A DNA stretch of 64,000 nucleotides from an uncultured Actinomycetota bacterium (GTDB lineage Bacteria; Actinomycetota; Actinomycetes; JAFAQI01), in NCBI GenBank assembly GCA_963770565.1, contig CAVYQE010000002.1:224001-288000 (forward strand), in the 5' to 3' direction. The notes under the pieces were generated by a model, which saw only the letters and a program-made list of their open reading frames with translations, was not told the DNA's origin and made no database searches. The translations under genes and the position numbers were made by a program. Each line of letters starts with the position of its first letter. Positions within the stretch are counted from its first letter, which is position 1. Positions 57,232 through 64,000 of the stretch are shown piece by piece.

Positions 57232-57308
57232 GCAATGTCACATTGCCCCGCACTTCGTGGGGGCAATGTGACGTCACCCCCCGGATTAGCTGGGCAATGT
57301 CACATTGC
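57232..57308. repeat. REP-like 77-bp repeat family A, copy 3
   Basis: First 41 nt identical to copy 2, same orientation. Confidence 0.88.
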
Positions 57309-57312
57309 TTTG

Positions 57313-57780
57313 CTAGAGGCGGAGGGGACGGATCGGCGCCATCACGAGGGCGGGATCGCTGCGCCAGTCGACCCCGGGGACATCGACGTACAGCTCGATC
57401 TCGTTGCCGTCCGGGTCGGCGATGTAGAGGCTGTGGGTCACGGTGTGGTCGCTCGCACCGAGCACGGTGACACCGTCGCGATTCAGCCGGTCGAGCGCCT
57501 CGCGCAGTTCGTCGTCGCTGTCGCCGACCTTCAACCCGAAGTGATACAGCCCGATCCGCCGGCCCTCAGGCTGCGCCGCGGCATCGGGTCCGACCTCGAT
57601 GAGCAACAGCTCGTGGTGGGTGCGCCCGGACGGTGCCGAAAACGCCGCGAACGGCAGATCCGGACCGTCGGCTGGACCCGGCCCGATCTGCCGCCAGCCC
57701 AAGGTGTCCCGATAGAACGCCGCCGACTGCTTGACGTCCCTGACGTAGAGGACGACGTGCCCGAGCTCCTTGACCTCCAC
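57313..57780 (-). CDS. VOC/glyoxalase family protein
   Basis: LGHVVLYVRD, HHEL, GLYHFG, SLYIADPDGNEIE (alternative GTG 57792). Confidence 0.9.
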   Translation of the reverse strand: MEVKELGHVVLYVRDVKQSAAFYRDTLGWRQIGPGPADGPDLPFAAFSAPSGRTHHELLLIEVGPDAAAQPEGRRIGLYHFGLKVGDSDDELREALDRLNRDGVTVLGASDHTVTHSLYIADPDGNEIELYVDVPGVDWRSDPALVMAPIRPLRL

Positions 57781-57784
57781 CGGG

Positions 57785-58255
57785 TTACGCACCGATCCGC
57801 TGGCGCGCCGTGGCCCGGGCTTCGGTGACCGTGATCGGCCTTCCCGCCTTCTGCAGGCCGGTGAGCGGCATGTTCTGGTAGACCGCCTCGTAGTGGCCGG
57901 CGGACACCTGGTACGTCTCGTGCCAGATCCCGGCGGCCGACAGCTCGCCCTCGGCCAGCCGGTTCCACGCCTTCCAGACCGGCGCGTGCTTCGCGTCGGG
58001 GTTCTTCGCGTACGCCTCGAGCGCGTCGAATGACCGCCAGTACTGCACGATCACGCCGCCGACCGCGCCGAACACGTGGTAGCCGAGGAGGCCCTTCGAC
58101 GGATCCTGCTCGAGCTCGCCGAGCATGTCGATCATCGCCATGAGCAGCTCTCCGGCCGGGCCGGCCTGCTCCGGGTCCCTGAGGTCTGCTCCGATGAGGA
58201 AGACCACGAAGTCACCGTCGATCTGGGCGGTCCAGCGACCGAGGTTGATGTCCAT
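57785..58255 (-). CDS. DUF4188 domain protein
   Basis: GDFVVFLIG, VQYWRSFDALEAYA, H..VW, GIWHETY, YEAVYQNMP. Confidence 0.88.
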   Translation of the reverse strand: MDINLGRWTAQIDGDFVVFLIGADLRDPEQAGPAGELLMAMIDMLGELEQDPSKGLLGYHVFGAVGGVIVQYWRSFDALEAYAKNPDAKHAPVWKAWNRLAEGELSAAGIWHETYQVSAGHYEAVYQNMPLTGLQKAGRPITVTEARATARQRIGA

Positions 58256-58303
58256 GACCCGGGATGCTCCCATGTACTGCCATCGCTTGGAGGCGGTTGG
58301 CAC

Positions 58304-58338
58304 TTGACAAGCGATGCCTTGTACAAGATATTCCTTGT
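58304..58338 (+). promoter_or_regulatory. Promoter (TTGACA) overlapped by tandem ACAAG-N6-CTTGT operators, probably for the local ArsR
   Basis: TTGACA at 58304; ACAAGcgatgcCTTGT 58307-58322 and ACAAGatattcCTTGT 58323-58338. Confidence 0.65.
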
Positions 58339-58382
58339 GAATCCTTCGGCACACCGCCGGAGTCGAGAACAAGGAGCGAACG

Positions 58383-58874
58383 ATGACAACGTCCGCAGCA
58401 GATCTCGTCCACACCTCCCACGACTACCGCTCGACCCGGTTGTTCGAGTCAGCGCCGGAGAAGGTCGTCGAGGCGCTGATTACGACCGAGGGCGTCACGG
58501 CCTGGTGGTCGCCGACGACCGGCTCGGCGGCTCACGGGGGCGAGCTCAGCGTCTGGTTCGGCGAGCGCGAGATGCGCGGCCGCGTGACGGTCACGGACCG
58601 GCCGACCCTGGTGCAGTGGGACGTGGTGTTCTGCGACGCCATGCCGGACTGGGTGGGCACAACCGTGATCTTCGACGTCGCACCGCTCGGCACCGGAACC
58701 GTCCTGTCCTTCACCCACCTGGGCCTCAACCCGCAGCTGGAATGCTTCGCGCAGTGCTTCGCCGGCTGGACGTTCTACCTGGGCAGCCTGGTGGACTACG
58801 TCGACAACGACGGCGGTACTCCGGCGGGCACGACCCCGGAGACGGCGAATGACCACCAGCGCGACATGCACTGA
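58383..58874 (+). CDS. SRPBCC/AHSA1 domain protein
   Basis: AAGGAG SD; APEKVVEAL...WW, DWVGT, FTHLGL, GWTFYL. Confidence 0.88.
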   Translation: MTTSAADLVHTSHDYRSTRLFESAPEKVVEALITTEGVTAWWSPTTGSAAHGGELSVWFGEREMRGRVTVTDRPTLVQWDVVFCDAMPDWVGTTVIFDVAPLGTGTVLSFTHLGLNPQLECFAQCFAGWTFYLGSLVDYVDNDGGTPAGTTPETANDHQRDMH

Positions 58875-58895
58875 ACAAGAAGGGCCCTGATCGAG

Positions 58896-59246
58896 ATGGT
58901 GACACGAACGGGTGCGGCGAGCGCCGAGGCAACCGACCTGGTCCTGCGCGCGCTCGCCGACCCGAACCGCCGCGCGATCCTCCGGTTGGTCAGGGACGAC
59001 GAGTTGCCGGCCGGCCAGATCGCATCGAACTTTTCGATGACCCAGCAGGCGGTCAGCCAGCACGTCACCCTTCTCAAACAGGCCGGCCTGCTGAGCGTTC
59101 GCCGCGACGGCACTCGCCGGCTGTACGCATTTCGCGCCGAGGCACTCGACCCGGTCCGTGACCTGCTTGCGGAGTTCTGGCCGGATGCCCTGGCCCGCCT
59201 GAAGCGCGCGGTCGAAAGCTCCTACCGCCCAACGGAAACGAGGTAG
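58896..59246 (+). CDS. ArsR/SmtB family transcriptional regulator
   Basis: ALADPNRRAIL, TQQAVSQH, AGLL..RRDGTRRLY. Confidence 0.92.
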   Translation: MVTRTGAASAEATDLVLRALADPNRRAILRLVRDDELPAGQIASNFSMTQQAVSQHVTLLKQAGLLSVRRDGTRRLYAFRAEALDPVRDLLAEFWPDALARLKRAVESSYRPTETR

Positions 59247-59252
59247 TTCCCG

Positions 59253-59678
59253 ATGTCGGCAACGCTCGAGGTCACCGCAACCACACGGATCGCGGCGCCA
59301 CCCGAGGTGGTCTTCCCCTACTTCACCGATCCCGCGTTGATCTGCACCTGGCTGACCGAGACGGCCGACCTCGATCCGCGTCCCGGCGGGATCTTCGCGG
59401 TCAACCCGGGCCGGCCCGCGCAAGGGACGTACGTCGCCGTGGAGCCGCCACATCGAGTGGTGTTCACGTGGGGTATCCCGGACGACGCGACCTTGCCGCC
59501 AGGTGCCAGCACCGTCGAAGTGGTCCTCGCTGCCGACGGCGACGGCACCGTCGTGACGCTGACCCACTCAGACCTTCCGGAGGACCACCGACCGTCGCAC
59601 CAGCAGGGTTGGAACCACTTCATCGGCTTGCTGCCGACCGTCGTCGAGTCCCGCACGGGCGGTTCCGAGCCGCACTAA
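59253..59678 (+). CDS. SRPBCC/AHSA1 domain protein
   Basis: IAAPPEVVF, PPHRVVFTWG, STVEV, HQQGWNHF. Confidence 0.9.
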   Translation: MSATLEVTATTRIAAPPEVVFPYFTDPALICTWLTETADLDPRPGGIFAVNPGRPAQGTYVAVEPPHRVVFTWGIPDDATLPPGASTVEVVLAADGDGTVVTLTHSDLPEDHRPSHQQGWNHFIGLLPTVVESRTGGSEPH

Positions 59679-59688
59679 CATTCCTGCG

Positions 59689-60027
59689 ATGACGCGGTAC
59701 CTGATCTCTTTCGATGACGGCGCGATGAACTTCCCCGAGGAGGAGCTGCCCGACGTGGCTGAGGCCGCACACGCCGTCCTCCATGAGGCCAAGAAGGCCG
59801 GTGCGTGGGTCACCGGCGCCGGGATCCAGGGGCACGACGCGAGCATCGTCGGCACCGATGGGTCGGTCACCTCCGCGGCGTACCCGGGAAGCAAGCCGCA
59901 CATCGGTGGATTCTCGATCGTTGACGTGTCCTCGCACGACGAGGCGCTGAGGTGGGCGGCGAAGTTCGCCGCGGCATGCAGGTGCGCACAAGAAGTCCGG
60001 GAACTGATGGACGACCCGGAGGTCTGA
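59689..60027 (+). CDS. YciI/DGPF family protein
   Basis: AGAWVTGAG, VTSAAYPGSKPHIGGFSIVDV, EALRWA, EVRE. Confidence 0.85.
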   Translation: MTRYLISFDDGAMNFPEEELPDVAEAAHAVLHEAKKAGAWVTGAGIQGHDASIVGTDGSVTSAAYPGSKPHIGGFSIVDVSSHDEALRWAAKFAAACRCAQEVRELMDDPEV

Positions 60028-60037
60028 GTCGGGCGTC

Positions 60038-60103
60038 GATCTTCGCGCCCGAGACCACTTACGCGGCGTGTTCCGACAAAACTGGGTCGCGGGCGCGAAG
60101 ATC
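60038..60103. repeat. REP-like repeat family B, copy 3 (inverted)
   Basis: GATCTTCGCGCCCG...CGGGCGCGAAGATC; the reverse complement has CCAGTTTT..ACACGCCG..AAGTGGTC like copies 1 and 2. Confidence 0.72.
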
Positions 60104-60111
60104 AATCGGCG

Positions 60112-61188
60112 TCACACGTTGAAGCGGAACTCCACCACGTCGCCGTCGGCCATGACGTAGTCCTTGCCTTCGATCCGGGCTTTGCCGGCAGCGCGCGCCG
60201 CCGCGATCGAACCGGCGGCGACCAAGTCGTCGTACGAGACGATCTCGGCCTTGATGAAGCCCTTCTGGAAGTCGGTGTGGATCACGCCCGCGGCCTCCGG
60301 TGCGGTCGCACCCTTCTTGATCGTCCAGGCCCGCGACTCCTTCGGCCCGGCGGTGAGGTAGGTCTGCAGGCCGAGGGTCTCGAAGCCGACCCGCGCCAAT
60401 GTCGCGAGACCCGACTCATGCTGGCCGTACTCCTCGAGCAGCTCCGCGGCATCCGCGGCATCGAGTCCGATCAGCTCTGACTCGAGCTTCGCGCTGACGA
60501 ACACCGCAGGCGCCGGCGCGACCAGGTCGCCGAGCTTCGACCGCAGGCCCGCGTCGCCGAGGTCGGTGTCGTCGAGGTTGAAGACGTAGATGAACGGCTT
60601 GTCGGTGAGCAGGAACGACTCCCGCAATGCCTCGCGATCGAGCGACGGCTCGCTCGAGATCGGGCGCCCGTCGTCGAGCACCGCCCGCGCGGCCTGCACC
60701 GCGGCAAGCTCGGTACGCCGGTCGGGCTTCATCCGCGCCTCGCGCTCCAACCTCGCGAGCCGGGTGTCGATCGTCTGCAGGTCGGCGAGCATGAGCTCGG
60801 TGTTGATCGTGGCGATGTCGTCCGCCGGCTCGACCCGCCCGTCGACATGGGCCACGTCGGGGTCGGCAAAAGCGCGGACGACCTGGCAGATCGCATCGGC
60901 TTCCCGGATGTGCGACAGGAACTTGTTGCCGAGACCCTGGCCCTCGCTCGCCCCGCGCACGATGCCGGCGATGTCGACGAAACTGACGGTAGCGGGCACG
61001 ATCTTGGCGCTGTCGAACATCGCGCCCAGCACGTCGAGGCGTGGGTCCGGCACGTTGACCACGCCGATGTTCGGATCGATCGTCGCGAACGGGTAGTTCG
61101 CCGCCAGCACGTCGTTTTCGGTCAGCGCGTTGAACAGCGTCGACTTCCCGACGTTGGGCAGCCCCACGATCCCGATCGACAGCGCCAT
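60112..61188 (-). CDS. ychF: Redox-regulated ATPase YchF
   Basis: GIVGLPNVGKST, NYPFAT, DIAG, GLGNKFL, AAGVIHTDF, DGDVVEFRFNV. Confidence 0.97.
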   Translation of the reverse strand: MALSIGIVGLPNVGKSTLFNALTENDVLAANYPFATIDPNIGVVNVPDPRLDVLGAMFDSAKIVPATVSFVDIAGIVRGASEGQGLGNKFLSHIREADAICQVVRAFADPDVAHVDGRVEPADDIATINTELMLADLQTIDTRLARLEREARMKPDRRTELAAVQAARAVLDDGRPISSEPSLDREALRESFLLTDKPFIYVFNLDDTDLGDAGLRSKLGDLVAPAPAVFVSAKLESELIGLDAADAAELLEEYGQHESGLATLARVGFETLGLQTYLTAGPKESRAWTIKKGATAPEAAGVIHTDFQKGFIKAEIVSYDDLVAAGSIAAARAAGKARIEGKDYVMADGDVVEFRFNV

Positions 61189-61305
61189 GCCTCCATTGTC
61201 AGGCAGGCCGCGCCCGGCGGATCTCGCCGCGTCCGAGCGCACCAATCTGGGGGTCCCGGCGCGCCGTGGGCCGAAAGTGTCGGACCGCCGAGCGACCATG
61301 CGGAC

Positions 61306-62706
61306 ATGGACATCGCCGCTGTGCTCATCGCCGCAGTCACGCTGATCGCCGGGCTCGCCGCCGGCTGGGCGCTCGCCGGCCTCCGCGCGTCGACCGCCGC
61401 AGCCACGAGTGGCGCCGAGCGTGACGCGGCCATCGCCGATCGCGATCGGCTCCGCGCCGAGCGGGACACGCTCGGAAACGAGCTGCGCACGGCCGAGCTA
61501 CGGGTCCAGGAGCTGATGACGAAGCTCGAGGCGACCGAGGCCAACGAGGACCAGCTCAAGGACACCTTCGCGCGGATGTCGAGCGAGGCTCTCGATCGCA
61601 GCAGCAAGCAGTTCCTCGATCTCGCCGATCGGCGCTTCAAGCAAGCCGGCGAGCCGTTGACCCAGTCGCTTGACAAGGTCGAGCGGCAGCTCGGCGTGAT
61701 CGAGAAGGACCGCGCGAGTGCGAATGCGGCGTTGGCGGAGCAGATCAAGGCAGTCGGCGACTCGGGCAACGCGCTACGGATCGAGACCGCGTCGCTGGTG
61801 AGCGCATTGCGCAAGCCGCAGGCTCGCGGCCAGTGGGGCGAGCTTCAGCTGCGTCGATGCGTGGAGCACGCCGGCATGCTCGACCGCTGTGACTTCAGCG
61901 AGCAGACCAGCGTCATCACGCTGGACGGCCCCTTGCGCCCGGACCTCATCGTTCATCTGGTTGGGGGCAAGAGCATCGTCGTCGACGCAAAGGTCACGCT
62001 GTCCGCGTTCCTCGAGGCATACGAAGCCGACGATGACGACGTTCGCGAGGAGCGCTTGACCGCGCACGCCCGTCACCTCCGCCAGCACGTCGAGCAGCTG
62101 GCCGCTAAGGCCTACTGGAGCCAGTTCAGCCCGGCACCTGAGTTCGTCGTGCTGTTCGTGCCGAGCGACGCGCTGCTCGCCGCCGCGCTCGATCGCGACG
62201 GCGCCCTGCTCGACGACGCATTCAAGAAGCGCGTGCACATCACGACGCCGACCACCTTGATATCGGTGCTGCGTGCCGTTGCCTACGCATGGCAGCAGGA
62301 GGCCCTCGCCGAGAACGCGCAACAGGTCTTCGAGCTCGGCCGTGAGCTCTACAAGCGGCTCGGCACGTTCGGTGGGCATATGGACAAACTCGGCCGCTCG
62401 CTGACCAGCGCCGTCAACACCTACAACGGCGCGGTCGGCTCGCTTGAGAAGCAGGTCCTTGTCCAGGCCCGCCGGCTCAACGAGCTCGAGATCGTCGATG
62501 GCGAGCTGGCCGGACCGACCCCGATCGAGGAGCCGCTGCGCTCCCTGGCGGCCGGCGAGCTGGTCGAAGGCGCTGAGCAGGCTCGCCCGCTCGTGGCGCT
62601 CTCGCCGCCTCCGGCTGACGACGCCCTCGACCTGTTCACCCGCGCCCCGGACTACGGCTTGACCGAGGGTGAGACCAAACCGGGACCTTCGGCCCTCAAG
62701 GCCTGA
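61306..62706 (+). CDS. rmuC: DNA recombination protein RmuC
   Basis: N-terminal TM and coiled coil, RGQWGELQL, RPD, VDAK, PEFVVLFVP, TPTTL. Confidence 0.93.
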   Translation: MDIAAVLIAAVTLIAGLAAGWALAGLRASTAAATSGAERDAAIADRDRLRAERDTLGNELRTAELRVQELMTKLEATEANEDQLKDTFARMSSEALDRSSKQFLDLADRRFKQAGEPLTQSLDKVERQLGVIEKDRASANAALAEQIKAVGDSGNALRIETASLVSALRKPQARGQWGELQLRRCVEHAGMLDRCDFSEQTSVITLDGPLRPDLIVHLVGGKSIVVDAKVTLSAFLEAYEADDDDVREERLTAHARHLRQHVEQLAAKAYWSQFSPAPEFVVLFVPSDALLAAALDRDGALLDDAFKKRVHITTPTTLISVLRAVAYAWQQEALAENAQQVFELGRELYKRLGTFGGHMDKLGRSLTSAVNTYNGAVGSLEKQVLVQARRLNELEIVDGELAGPTPIEEPLRSLAAGELVEGAEQARPLVALSPPPADDALDLFTRAPDYGLTEGETKPGPSALKA

Positions 62707-62724
62707 CCCGCGGGGCGCCGATGC
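62695..62724 (+). promoter_or_regulatory. Putative sigma-28-type leaderless promoter
   Basis: CTCAA-N17-GCCGATGC, then 7 nt, then GTG 62732. Confidence 0.55.
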
Positions 62725-62731
62725 CCACAGG

Positions 62732-63313
62732 GTGACGTCCGGACCCTCGCCCGAGGGTGTGCTGGAGCTGCGCCAAGCGGCGGCTGCGCTGAAGCGCCAC
62801 GCTGCCCCGCTGCCGAAGCGGCACCGCTGGCTGACCGGAAAGCGGCTGGCGATCATCCTGGTGATCGACCTGGTCGTCGGGTCGCTCGCCTGGCACTACC
62901 TCACCGAGGCACATCCGACCGCGGTCGCCAAAGCCGTGGAGAGCGTCGGGAACGACGCCGCACACAACAACTGGAGCGCGGTCTACAACTCGCTTTGCAG
63001 CTCCGACCGGGCCCAGATCGCCGAGAGTGACATCGCCTCCGCCGGCGAGGGAGCCTTGCTGCAGCTCGGTGGCCTGCATTCAGTCACCGTCACCAACGTC
63101 ACCAACACCCACGTCTCGCTCGGCCCGATCCCGATCCCGGCCGCCGTCGTCTCCGGCCAGCTCGTTCCGCGAATCGGCCCCTCCAGCGCCTACACGGTCA
63201 CCGTCGTACGCGAGGTCTCCGGTTGGCACGTCTGCCTCAGCGCCGGGGGTTACAGCTCGACCGCACTCGGCGTCAACGTCCCGCTCGGGGACGGTCAGGG
63301 ACCGGCTCTCTAA
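62732..63313 (+). CDS. Hypothetical membrane-anchored exported protein (NTF2-like, Rv0361-type pattern)
   Basis: Single TM segment, YNSLC...VREVSGWHVC Cys pair. Confidence 0.7.
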   Translation: MTSGPSPEGVLELRQAAAALKRHAAPLPKRHRWLTGKRLAIILVIDLVVGSLAWHYLTEAHPTAVAKAVESVGNDAAHNNWSAVYNSLCSSDRAQIAESDIASAGEGALLQLGGLHSVTVTNVTNTHVSLGPIPIPAAVVSGQLVPRIGPSSAYTVTVVREVSGWHVCLSAGGYSSTALGVNVPLGDGQGPAL

Positions 63314-63318
63314 CCAGG

Positions 63319-64000
63319 TCAGACTGCGGCGGGGCGTTCGCGGCGCAGGTCGTGCGGCAGTGCAAACGTCAGGTGCTCCTCGACCGCGGTGACCTCCTCG
63401 ACATCGGCAAAACCGTTGTGCGCCAACCATTCGAGCACCTCGGCAACCAGCGACTCGGGCACCGAGGCGCCGCTGGTCACGCCGACGGTTGTGACCCCGT
63501 CGAGCCAACCCGGCTCGATGTGGCTGACGTCGTCCACCAGGTACGACGCGGCCGCACCGTTGCTGAGTGCGACCTCGACCAGCCGCAGCGAGTTCGAGGA
63601 ATTGGTCGAGCCGACCACAAGCACGAGGTCCGACCTCGCCGCGATCTGCTTGACCGCGACCTGGCGGTTCTGGGTGGCGTAACAGATGTCGTCGCTCGGC
63701 GGGTCGATCAGCAGCGGGAAGCGAGCCCGCAACGCGGCAACGGTCTCCTGCGTCTCATCAACCGACAACGTGGTCTGTGAGAGCCAGGCCACCCGGGCCG
63801 GGTCGCGGATCTCCAGGGTCGCCACGGCGTCGGGGCCGGGCACCAGGTGAACGCGTTCGGGCGCTTCGCCGGTGGTCCCCTCGACCTCCTCATGGCCCTC
63901 GTGGCCGATCAGCAGGATGTCGACGTCGTCGCGGGCGAACCGCCGGGCCTCGGCATGCACCTTCGTGACCAGCGGGCAGGTCGCGTCGATGGTGCGCAGG
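63319..64000 (-). CDS. ispH: 4-hydroxy-3-methylbut-2-enyl diphosphate reductase, C-terminal part (start outside the window)
   Basis: [50 protein letters not shown]. Confidence 0.96.
   Translation of the reverse strand, partial: LRTIDATCPLVTKVHAEARRFARDDVDILLIGHEGHEEVEGTTGEAPERVHLVPGPDAVATLEIRDPARVAWLSQTTLSVDETQETVAALRARFPLLIDPPSDDICYATQNRQVAVKQIAARSDLVLVVGSTNSSNSLRLVEVALSNGAAASYLVDDVSHIEPGWLDGVTTVGVTSGASVPESLVAEVLEWLAHNGFADVEEVTAVEEHLTFALPHDLRRERPAAV

Overview
High-GC actinobacterial chromosome segment; finer taxonomy cannot be fixed from sequence alone. The backbone is the conserved actinobacterial gene order adnA-like helicase (cut by the window edge), ATL, moeZ, TetR/DUF3107/ferritin-like/DEAD helicase, ParA, MgtE-CBS/DUF1003/mrp, tatB-htrA, O-methyltransferase, glgC, M17 peptidase, DUF3117, PaaX/enoyl-CoA hydratase, tag, LOG, dapE/dapD/dapC/ferredoxin, mshB, ychF, rmuC, ispH (cut by the edge). 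I saw no rRNA, tRNA, CRISPR array, transposase or integrase. Accessory content stands out in four ways. (1) A five-gene chemosensory cluster (cheW, two multi-TM MCPs, CheA-REC hybrid, REC-GAF regulator) has no CheR/CheB and no enzymatic output domain, and sits next to an atypical FtsH paralog inserted between mshB and its usual DUF6113 neighbour. (2) Five matches to a sigma-28 (FliA/WhiG)-type promoter link that cluster to three uncharacterised genes elsewhere in the window. (3) A zinc-ribbon/class III cyclase/STAND-ATPase/TPR gene is divergently paired with an MFS transporter carrying a cNMP-binding domain, and the pair is bracketed by two copies of a 77-bp palindromic repeat. (4) Two families of REP-like intergenic repeats are present. 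sigE-rseA is missing from its usual place between the O-methyltransferase and htrA. All functional calls come from motif recognition and synteny, without database searches. Many start codons were re-assigned from the ORF track using SD or leaderless -10 signals.
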